Origin: a virus
Strand: one strand, 5' to 3'
DNA: 64,000 bases
IMG/VR virus record: IMGVR_UViG_3300032238_001058
Coordinates: 1 to 64,000 of that record
Shown: piece after piece, positions 7,720 to 14,581 of the stretch
How the letters are laid out: each line of letters opens with the position of its first letter
How positions within the stretch are numbered: position 1 is the first letter of the stretch
Notes under the pieces: model-generated
Databases searched by the model: none
Told to the model about the DNA's origin: nothing
The model's input: the letters and a program-made list of their open reading frames with translations, nothing else
Position numbers and translations under genes: made by a program

Positions 7720-7942
7720 TGTCTTCCTCCATTTCTTGAGTAATCTTTGAGTGCCAGTACTGCCAACGTACAAGCGCTGGCACAGAAGATGGTTGAATGC
7801 CCATGTTTTCTAAAAGCAATTCAAACCATTGGGCCATTGCTTCAATTGTGGCATCAACTTTTGGATGACCCGGTGGATAATCCAAAGTTTCTCCAAGCAT
7901 GCATTGGAGCTTTGTGTAATTATTTTCATCATTAGTCATCAT
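7712..7942 (-). CDS. hypothetical protein
   Basis: ends ...EEDND* at a linker. Confidence 0.65.
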   Translation of the reverse strand: MMTNDENNYTKLQCMLGETLDYPPGHPKVDATIEAMAQWFELLLENMGIQPSSVPALVRWQYWHSKITQEMEEDND

Positions 7943-8234
7943 AGGAATCTGCATGGTGAAGTACAAACTTCAAATCAAAATACTCAGGATCATCTTTGTC
8001 TTTAGGATGGTATGTAGCTACAAATCCACCACTACTAACTTCCTTCTCAGCAATGCAGTCACGCAGTAAGTTACGTGCCATTGCTTTAAGTCTGGGCAGT
8101 GTTGGAACTGAACGTCCAATACTATCTGTTGTTGCCCATTGCCAGTCAAGTGCTGACATAGCAATGTGTACTTTTTCAAAATTGAATTTATCAATGACTT
8201 CATTAATCATTGATTCATGTACTTTATTAATCAT
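7932..8234 (-). CDS. conserved phage hypothetical protein
   Basis: FNFEKVH..M..LDW.W...VPT...LK..AR.LL motif. Confidence 0.75.
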   Translation of the reverse strand: MINKVHESMINEVIDKFNFEKVHIAMSALDWQWATTDSIGRSVPTLPRLKAMARNLLRDCIAEKEVSSGGFVATYHPKDKDDPEYFDLKFVLHHADSYDD

Positions 8235-8434
8235 TTGAGGTTGTCAGGCAGGAGTGCTTGGGCATCATCATCATCCATGTTGGTCATAATAAATTTCTGT
8301 CCATCGGGGGAGATAAATCCCCCGATGAAACCAACACCATGTTTGTCAGCTGATTCTTTCATCTTGGCTACAAGTTGCATAGCTTCAAGACGACGAGCGT
8401 CAATTGAATCTGGGATGCGTAGGTCGTCAGACAT
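8231..8434 (-). CDS. hypothetical protein
   Basis: ORF after CA-rich leader. Confidence 0.7.
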   Translation of the reverse strand: MSDDLRIPDSIDARRLEAMQLVAKMKESADKHGVGFIGGFISPDGQKFIMTNMDDDDAQALLPDNLK

Positions 8435-8540
8435 TTGATGTGTGAGTGATGTGAGTTGAATGTGGTCACGGCAAGTCTACCAGATGGCAGCAAGCCATGA
8501 CCACTGGTCTTAATGTTTCCTTAATGTTGCGGTAGGGCTG

Positions 8541-8828
8541 TTACCGATGCATCTCCTGGTGCTGGTGCCATGCAGCAGTATGCATTTCATCAGCAGTCAT
8601 TGGTGGTTCACCGTCATTGCCAAGGTCTGCATCTGATGGTTCCCATTCCAATTCATTCTTAAGCAAAGGAATAATCTCATCTTCTAACAGGGATAGCATA
8701 GACATGTTGAGGTGCATGTCCATAAGATGACGTTTGTTCTCACGTTGAACAATAGCTTGTAGTTCTTCAAGGATGTCTGTGAGTTTGTGGTACTCATTAA
8801 GGTTGGGTTGACGGTAGGTAGGTGTCAT
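8541..8828 (-). CDS. hypothetical protein
   Basis: ORF ending GEPPMTADEMHTAAW..H. Confidence 0.7.
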   Translation of the reverse strand: MTPTYRQPNLNEYHKLTDILEELQAIVQRENKRHLMDMHLNMSMLSLLEDEIIPLLKNELEWEPSDADLGNDGEPPMTADEMHTAAWHQHQEMHR

Positions 8829-9018
8829 GACTTGGGTTGGTAAGTGAATGAATGGTGTGTAGTACAGAGGTATCTCTTATAGATTAAGGTGCACCTCTGG
8901 TACTTTCTGCGGGGGGTTTGGGGGGTAGGCCAGTAGTTATCCGGCAATACCTTGGTACTACCATCCGCTATTCGCAAATAGCGAATGTCATCATAACGCT
9001 AATGTTATGTGATGTAGG

Positions 9019-9378
9019 TTAGATCAAGCCGAGAACCCTAAGCCAGCTGTCGGGATGATCGGGTTCGACTTCATCTCCTGCTGGGGTAGGGCAGCAGCTG
9101 TCGAACGTCCACTCCTCGATGTCTTCGTTGTTTGGGATGTCGTACCAACCTTCGAGGTCTTCCTGCTCCTGCGCTGAGTAGTTACCACCGACTGGGATCC
9201 AGTAGCACCTGAGGACTCCACGCTTGTTTCGGTAGACGTTACCAGTGCAAGCGATGGCTCCTTTGGGTGCGTCTTGGAAGTCGCACTCCGCTTCGTACTG
9301 CTGCTCCCCTTCTTCTGAATCGAAGGGTTCGTAACCGAAGGCTGCAGCGATGAGTTGTTGTTCAGGTTGAAGAGACAT
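9019..9378 (-). CDS. acidic hypothetical protein
   Basis: C-terminal DSCCPTPAGDEVEPDHPDSWL..LGLI. Confidence 0.75.
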   Translation of the reverse strand: MSLQPEQQLIAAAFGYEPFDSEEGEQQYEAECDFQDAPKGAIACTGNVYRNKRGVLRCYWIPVGGNYSAQEQEDLEGWYDIPNNEDIEEWTFDSCCPTPAGDEVEPDHPDSWLRVLGLI

Positions 9379-9482
9379 GAGATGAGATCTCCAATGAGTG
9401 TGATTGTGATTGAGATAAGGACCAGTGCAAGAATCACTGGATCCTCATCCCATACTTGAGTCTGTTGTGTTGCTTTAGACAT
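9024..9482 (-). CDS. putative membrane protein overlapping 9019-9378 in another frame
   Basis: ATG 2 nt after upstream stop; TM segment VILALVLISITITLIGDLI; S/T-rich tail in the overlap. Confidence 0.45.
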   Translation of the reverse strand: MSKATQQTQVWDEDPVILALVLISITITLIGDLISCLFNLNNNSSLQPSVTNPSIQKKGSSSTKRSATSKTHPKEPSLALVTSTETSVESSGATGSQSVVTTQRRSRKTSKVGTTSQTTKTSRSGRSTAAALPQQEMKSNPIIPTAGLGFSA

Positions 9483-9484
9483 GG

Positions 9485-9691
9485 TCAGTCTCCGTTGTGA
9501 GTGAATGGATAAACGTAACGCTCATTGTAATGATCACAAGCATTACGTTCTTCATTTGAGATGTCAGGGATACCATCCCAACCATCCCAATCTTCTTGAT
9601 TAGATTCACGCATTGCTTGCTCTTGTTCATAGACAAGGTCTGCCATTGCATCAAGCAAGTCAGCACTGCGTTGCTCGTCAATGAAGTCCAT
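9485..9691 (-). CDS. acidic hypothetical protein
   Basis: ORF after repeated leader. Confidence 0.7.
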   Translation of the reverse strand: MDFIDEQRSADLLDAMADLVYEQEQAMRESNQEDWDGWDGIPDISNEERNACDHYNERYVYPFTHNGD

Positions 9692-9693
9692 GG

Positions 9694-10059
9694 TTGAATT
9701 GAGGTTGAGCTGTGGTTACTTGCGTTTATAGGATGCGCAACCCCCTGGTAATTAGCTAAGCAATTTATTCATTACTTTCTGCGTGATTAGATTCTTCTTC
9801 TAATGATTCTTCCATTACATCAAGCATTGTTTCTATCCATATTAATATTTCGCTAGAAAGTTGAATAGGTGTGAAAGCGTGAATGATTACATCGGTTAAA
9901 CCATAAGGATTATAACCTTGATGTTTACCATCTTGCTTTAACTGTTGCATCTTTACAAGACAGCGAAATGTGTCAATTAAATTACAGTGAATAGCTTCGA
10001 CATCTTTGTCAGTCAGAGATTGATACATGTTTGAATTGAGGTTGAGCTGTGGTTACTTG
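9694..10059 (-). repeat. 29-bp duplicated 5' leader (9694-9722 and 10031-10059)
   Basis: ttgaattgaggttgagctgtggttacttg precedes two consecutive genes. Confidence 0.9.
9765..10028 (-). CDS. hypothetical protein
   Basis: ORF after repeated leader. Confidence 0.65.
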   Translation of the reverse strand: MYQSLTDKDVEAIHCNLIDTFRCLVKMQQLKQDGKHQGYNPYGLTDVIIHAFTPIQLSSEILIWIETMLDVMEESLEEESNHAESNE

Positions 10060-10163
10060 TATTCCCAATAAACGAAACTTATTAGGAATACAAGTAGAGC
10101 AGTTTAACGTCATGCTTAGGACGTGTACCTATCTTATTGAGAATTAATCTCAATTGAATAGAG

Positions 10164-10610
10164 TTAGATCTTCACATGTTTCCAGGCAATGCCACGTGCA
10201 ATGTTGCCAATGGCACAGCCTGTCACATCGTATGCCTTACCGATTTCCCGGTAAGCTTGTGTTACTCCCTCAAACTTATTCATGATGTCTTTATCGGACA
10301 ACATAAGTTTGATTTCACGGACCTGATCATAGGTCAGCTTAGGTGTGGTACCACCGTACCTATAGTGTGTAGTACCAATACCACCAGGAGGTTTGATCCT
10401 CTCCCCTTCCTTCTTAACAGCCATCATCTGTGGTGCTGGCTGTTGAAGTGGGGGTCGGGGGGTAGTATTGAATACTCGTTCAGTACCAATAGGTAAGCCA
10501 ATGGTTACATCCGTATCATCCTTACGGATGGAGATGGTAACCCTGCCATTCCTTGTGATCACTGAAACGTGATCAGGGTTCTGAACGTCAAGCTGGTTGA
10601 TGAGTTCCAT
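10164..10610 (-). CDS. C-terminal HTH DNA-binding protein
   Basis: KLTYDQVREIK...IGKAYDVT..AIGNIARGIAWKHV. Confidence 0.7.
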   Translation of the reverse strand: MELINQLDVQNPDHVSVITRNGRVTISIRKDDTDVTIGLPIGTERVFNTTPRPPLQQPAPQMMAVKKEGERIKPPGGIGTTHYRYGGTTPKLTYDQVREIKLMLSDKDIMNKFEGVTQAYREIGKAYDVTGCAIGNIARGIAWKHVKI

Positions 10611-10704
10611 GGAGTTGGTTGGAGCATGTCTAGGTTAGCTGCGGGTTGCTAGCTATGCAACAACGCATGTGGTGTGGCGTCAGGTCAGGACACTACCTGT
10701 GGTG

Positions 10705-11046
10705 TTACTTCATGTAGAGGTACGCTCCTGCATAGTCACAATTGTGTAAGCAGGTTTCAAATGATTGATCATCTAGTAGCTGGTATCTGGCATGTGCCGC
10801 TGGTGCTTTCCATGATGCAGGCTTGTAGACAGTCCCTGTTTGCCTTGCGACAAATGCATGGACTGACCTTCCTTCATATCTAGTACCAGGACTACAAACA
10901 TGGATAATCTTGTAGTATTTAACGCCCCGTTTAATTTCGTAAGCTACGGAACTGTTGTACTGTTTGTAAAACTTCTCCTGAAGCGTATCGCAAAGTTGTT
11001 GGATGCGCTCTTCAATGAGCTTGGTGCTAGCGCTGAGTGTTGTCAT
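10705..11046 (-). CDS. conserved cyanophage early protein
   Basis: KYYKII...SVHAFV...TGTVYKPASWKAPA..ARY motif. Confidence 0.75.
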   Translation of the reverse strand: MTTLSASTKLIEERIQQLCDTLQEKFYKQYNSSVAYEIKRGVKYYKIIHVCSPGTRYEGRSVHAFVARQTGTVYKPASWKAPAAHARYQLLDDQSFETCLHNCDYAGAYLYMK

Positions 11047-11224
11047 GTTGTTGTGTTGGAGTTGGATTAGTAATGTCAATGCCAACCACTGCAGTTGCAG
11101 TGATGCTGGCAATTACCAGTGTGATGGCTGCCATACAGATCTTACTAAGGCGAGTCTCATGAGACGCATAGTAAGAATCGAGGCAGATAAATCGCCCTGG
11201 TGATAGACGTACTGTGTGTTTCAT
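11027..11224 (-). CDS. small membrane protein
   Basis: single hydrophobic segment. Confidence 0.6.
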   Translation of the reverse strand: MKHTVRLSPGRFICLDSYYASHETRLSKICMAAITLVIASITATAVVGIDITNPTPTQQHDNTQR

Positions 11225-11484
11225 TAGTTGGTTGCAAGGATGTACTTAACGCATGCGTAAGTTGGTGCTACATAATCTGTAGGAATTTCGTGGTAATAAT
11301 ACCATTCACCTTTGCAGTCAATTGATATGCAAGAGTTTTCAGTTGCAAGTTGTAGTGCTTTGTCACCTGTGGTGCACCAAATCATGTAAACATTCTGATC
11401 AAACAACAGATAGTAATCATCCGGTTTGATGTCAAACTGTTTGAGTGCAGCTTGAATTTGACCGTGGTCAAGTGTGATTGGCAT
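11224..11484 (-). CDS. hypothetical protein
   Basis: ORF; start refined to MPITLD. Confidence 0.65.
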   Translation of the reverse strand: MPITLDHGQIQAALKQFDIKPDDYYLLFDQNVYMIWCTTGDKALQLATENSCISIDCKGEWYYYHEIPTDYVAPTYACVKYILATN

Positions 11485-11506
11485 AGGTGTGCAATTGGTT
11501 TGTGTG

Positions 11507-11559
11507 TGCAGACGGTGAGGTCTGCATAGAAGGGAGTATACCTCCCCTCCAGGCAAACG
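11507..11559 (-). ncRNA. putative two-state RNA switch, copy 1
   Basis: after TGA: GTTTGC-[GC hairpin]-GCAGAC-loop-GTCTGC; middle strand pairs with either flank. Confidence 0.7.
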
Positions 11560-11817
11560 TCAGTCTTCGATGCCGTACTCCTGTTCCCACTTCAGTAACG
11601 CACGGTTGAGATCAACCTTCGTCTTAAGGAAGATGCAAACAGGGATCAGGTCCTCGAACTTTGCCATGCCATCTTGCCAGGCAAAGAAAAGCTCAAGTGC
11701 TTTCTGCCTGCGGTCTTCAATAGACCAGTCAATGCATGGTAGCTCAGCAGTGGAATCCCTCCTGGCAAGCAGGCGAGATTCTTGCGTGAGCAGATATTCA
11801 ACGTATGAAGGAGTCAT
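11560..11817 (-). CDS. hypothetical protein
   Basis: ORF. Confidence 0.7.
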   Translation of the reverse strand: MTPSYVEYLLTQESRLLARRDSTAELPCIDWSIEDRRQKALELFFAWQDGMAKFEDLIPVCIFLKTKVDLNRALLKWEQEYGIED

Positions 11818-11842
11818 GAATTGAGTCCTAGGTGAGTTGAGT

Positions 11843-11892
11843 TACAGACCATGAGGTCTGCAGAGAGGGCCCAAAGACCCTCAGTGCAAACG
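11843..11892 (-). ncRNA. putative two-state RNA switch, copy 2
   Basis: after TGA: GTTTGCA-CT-GAGGGTC-TTTG-GGCCCTC-TC-TGCAGAC-CTCATG-GTCTGTA. Confidence 0.7.
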
Positions 11893-12093
11893 TCAGAGTG
11901 TACGTTTATCCAAGCAATAGTACTTATCTCCTAGCAAGTCATGCATGAAGATAAGTTGATGCCCTGGTTTTGCAGGACAATGCTTAAGATAATACTTGTT
12001 AAGTAACTGCTGTGCTCCAATAGATAGGAGCATGCCTGTTGCCGTGCCAATGGTAATGGCCAGAACAGAGTTTGCAAATGTGTTGTCGTTCAT
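11893..12093 (-). CDS. small membrane-anchored protein
   Basis: N-terminal hydrophobic helix plus a Cys pair. Confidence 0.65.
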   Translation of the reverse strand: MNDNTFANSVLAITIGTATGMLLSIGAQQLLNKYYLKHCPAKPGHQLIFMHDLLGDKYYCLDKRTL

Positions 12094-12338
12094 CAGATGG
12101 TGTCTGCGAGTGTGTCAAGATGCAGTTGAGTAATGTGCTGATAGTAATCAGACATTGCAGTTAGTAATTCCTTGGTGCCACAAGGTATACCTCCCATCAA
12201 AGTCTGGGAGTAACGTTCAATCCAGTCGGGATTGCCCGCCCAATCATCTACTTGCACCTGGTAGTGAAGCATGGTTGATTCTCCACCATGCCAAGTGATG
12301 CGTTGAGTGGCACCTTCGTAAGGGTAATAACAGAGCAT
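12093..12338 (-). CDS. hypothetical protein
   Basis: ORF. Confidence 0.65.
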   Translation of the reverse strand: MLCYYPYEGATQRITWHGGESTMLHYQVQVDDWAGNPDWIERYSQTLMGGIPCGTKELLTAMSDYYQHITQLHLDTLADTI

Positions 12339-12361
12339 TGAGTTGAACTCAATAGATTTGA

Positions 12362-12412
12362 TACAGGATGTTGAGTCCTGCAGAGAAGGCCCGTAGGCCC
12401 TCAGTGCAGGAG
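12362..12412 (-). ncRNA. putative two-state RNA switch, copy 3
   Basis: after TGA: TCCTGCA-CT-GAGGGCC-TACG-GGCCTTC-TC-TGCAGGA-CTCAACA-TCCTGTA (compensatory changes vs copies 1-2). Confidence 0.7.
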
Positions 12413-12601
12413 TCAGACTTCAGTCTTAGGAGTAATAACGAATGCCATATCTTTCGGCATAATGAGTGCCGCTGCCCGAGTTCTGTACTCGTTCAGCTTT
12501 ACATCAATAGCCCCCTTGGCAGGTATCTTGGCATTCTCTACGAATGTTGCTGCACCCTGGAGGAATGCAGCAGTGTTCTTACGCAGGTTAAGTGCAGTCA
12601 T
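12413..12601 (-). CDS. hypothetical protein
   Basis: ORF; start after CA-rich leader. Confidence 0.65.
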   Translation of the reverse strand: MTALNLRKNTAAFLQGAATFVENAKIPAKGAIDVKLNEYRTRAAALIMPKDMAFVITPKTEV

Positions 12602-12680
12602 GTTGAGTTGGTGTTGTGTAGGTGCCACAGAATTGTGGCAATAGTTGTGTGGGGCATACGATGCCCCGGCTCACACCTGG

Positions 12681-12881
12681 TCAGCTGACCATCACAACGT
12701 CGTCTGCTTCCATCATCTCCTGAAAAGACATGATCCGTACGTCATGCTTACCTTGGATACCATCGTTCAACTCTGGCGAGTTAAGCATGTGATCTAGTTG
12801 TGCAGCCTCGATTAGTGCTTCTTCCCATTGAAGGGAAGAACCATGTTGTACGTCGTCAATAACAATGTAGTACATTTGCAT
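12681..12881 (-). CDS. hypothetical protein
   Basis: ORF; start refined. Confidence 0.6.
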   Translation of the reverse strand: MQMYYIVIDDVQHGSSLQWEEALIEAAQLDHMLNSPELNDGIQGKHDVRIMSFQEMMEADDVVMVS

Positions 12882-12910
12882 TGAGTGGATGCCACGGGAT
12901 TGTGGCAATA

Positions 12911-12956
12911 CTGAAGGCAGGGATTGCACCTGCCAATGCCGCTTATACGGACTCAG
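12911..12956 (-). ncRNA. tRNA-like three-way junction with T-loop-like hairpin, copy 1
   Basis: CTGA-GT-CCG-TATAAG-CGG-CATT-GGCAGG-TGCAATC-CCTGCC-T-TCAG. Confidence 0.6.
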
Positions 12957-13144
12957 TTGGTTGCGTAACCGTTAGAACGGCACCAATCCATGTGGATTCG
13001 GTGTGCTTCTACCGGCCAATCATGAGTACGGCATTGCTTAGCTGTTGCATCAACCAAGCGGTTAATGGTTAGCTGGCTGCCTACTGCCATGATGATGCCC
13101 ATCACAACAACCACTGGTGCAAATGTTGCAAATGAAGTTTTCAT
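12953..13144 (-). CDS. small membrane-anchored protein
   Basis: hydrophobic N-terminus; QC..HDWP...H..HMDWC..NGY. Confidence 0.7.
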   Translation of the reverse strand: MKTSFATFAPVVVVMGIIMAVGSQLTINRLVDATAKQCRTHDWPVEAHRIHMDWCRSNGYATN

Positions 13145-13191
13145 GGTACTGAACTGAAGTTTGTGCGGTGCCTATCTCCGCTGAAGGCAAT

Positions 13192-13238
13192 AACTGTGGG
13201 AGGGTTTGCACCTCCCAACCCGCTTTAACGGATCAGTT
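13192..13238 (-). ncRNA. tRNA-like three-way junction with T-loop-like hairpin, copy 2
   Basis: AACTG-AT-CCG-TTAAAG-CGG-GT-TGGGAGG-TGCAAAC-CCTCCCA-CAGTT. Confidence 0.6.
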
Positions 13239-13394
13239 GTTCTCCAGCATCTCATCCACGTAGGACTTGATGACTCGGAGATGCTGCTCACCAAGAGTTT
13301 GGCTATGACCATGCTCAAGGAGATCAAGGATCTCAAGCATGATCTTGTCGCCAACCTCTTCGCGAGAGAGCAGCTTGGTGGGGTTGATGGTCAC
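13233..13394 (-). CDS. hypothetical protein
   Basis: GTG start with upstream GGAG. Confidence 0.55.
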   Translation of the reverse strand: MTINPTKLLSREEVGDKIMLEILDLLEHGHSQTLGEQHLRVIKSYVDEMLENN

Positions 13395-13678
13395 GGTGTT
13401 ACTCCGTAGGGTGAGCTTGGTCTTACACTGCTGGAGTGCAGCTGCCAAGGTCGTGACCAACCGCCGAGTTGTCTGCTGCGTTTAACGTCCAGCTTGACGA
13501 GTTAATCCCGACCTTTCACATCGGGATTTAGATCACTATTCTTGGTGACCAACCCAGCGCGTCGTGGCCAGCACTTCCTGTGTGCGATACGAATTCGTAT
13601 CAATAGGCATAAATACCTAGTGGAAAACGGTAGTGAGGGCTACATAAACCCCTGGTTGCCCAGGGGAAGAGGTAACCG

Positions 13679-13972
13679 TCAACCAATGCAGGTTGCTTGT
13701 ATCACAAAGGTATGATCAGGCTTACGTGTGATCATTACTCGCCACTCTCGTGGCTTAATGTAATCACACTTGACGCCATACTCAGACTGGATCATCTCCA
13801 GCTCATGGCAACGTAGATGGTTAAGAAGAGTTTGCATCAAGTGCTTCGGTGTTGTACCGCTGGCGCGAAACACTCCAGCTTTCATGTTTACCTTCTTACC
13901 CGCAAATAACGCGTAGCTTGCTTCCTCAATACGGTAATCAAGCTCACGCTCGCTGATTGTTGTTGTTGTCAT
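13679..13972 (-). CDS. hypothetical protein (first gene of the early operon)
   Basis: ORF after CA-rich leader. Confidence 0.7.
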   Translation of the reverse strand: MTTTTISERELDYRIEEASYALFAGKKVNMKAGVFRASGTTPKHLMQTLLNHLRCHELEMIQSEYGVKCDYIKPREWRVMITRKPDHTFVIQATCIG

Positions 13973-14206
13973 TGAATTGAATGCGATGGTAACCTGCGTT
14001 CTACGGATGCGCAGCCCCCGATACTCTTATATACCCATCACGCATTCTTTTTTTCTATACGTATCTCGTTACGCACGGGTTGCTGGAGAAGCGTCAGTAA
14101 ATTTTTTCTCCTTTTTTGGTCCATATAGGGCCGACCTTTTGGTATAACAGTGTACTTAACACAAATTAGTGTGGTCTAATCAGTGTTCTTGCCCAAAAAA
14201 ACAGAC

Positions 14207-14234
14207 AAAAATGCCGGGGTTTGCGGCCCCGGCT
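14207..14234 (-). terminator. intrinsic terminator downstream of 14265-14468
   Basis: GCCGGGGC-CGCAA-ACCCCGGC-ATTTTT on minus strand. Confidence 0.6.
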
Positions 14235-14264
14235 GTGTATTAAACTAAACTTCTGTTTTTCTTC

Positions 14265-14468
14265 TTAACTGTTCCTAACTTTTTTGGCGGCTTTAGCTGC
14301 TTTGCGGTAGGTTCCAGTATCTGGACTTTGTCTTACAAGTTCTTTTCGTGCTCCAGAGACAAATGCATGTACATCCAAAGAGTCTGCACCACTGGCAGCC
14401 AGGTTATTTGCTTCTTTTTGAATTGTATCTAACGCAACAATGCGCTCGGCTTTGTTCTCGGGGTTCAT
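14265..14468 (-). CDS. hypothetical protein
   Basis: 67-aa ORF. Confidence 0.65.
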   Translation of the reverse strand: MNPENKAERIVALDTIQKEANNLAASGADSLDVHAFVSGARKELVRQSPDTGTYRKAAKAAKKVRNS

Positions 14469-14581
14469 CTTGGTACTTACAACCCTTGTTCCGTTGTATT
14501 AATCTTAGTTTACCTTATCTTTTCATGTTTTTATGACGTAAAATACCAATATCAGGTAAACGATAGACGGTAGTTAAACCC

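Noticed and set aside
12911-13238. True tRNA genes or a cobalamin riboswitch
   Set aside because: No anticodon arm or CCA end, and no B12 box; only the T-loop-like hairpin is shared.
18-13409. Plus-strand ORFs in the early region
   Set aside because: Antisense shadows; coupling, leaders and RNA structures all support the minus strand.
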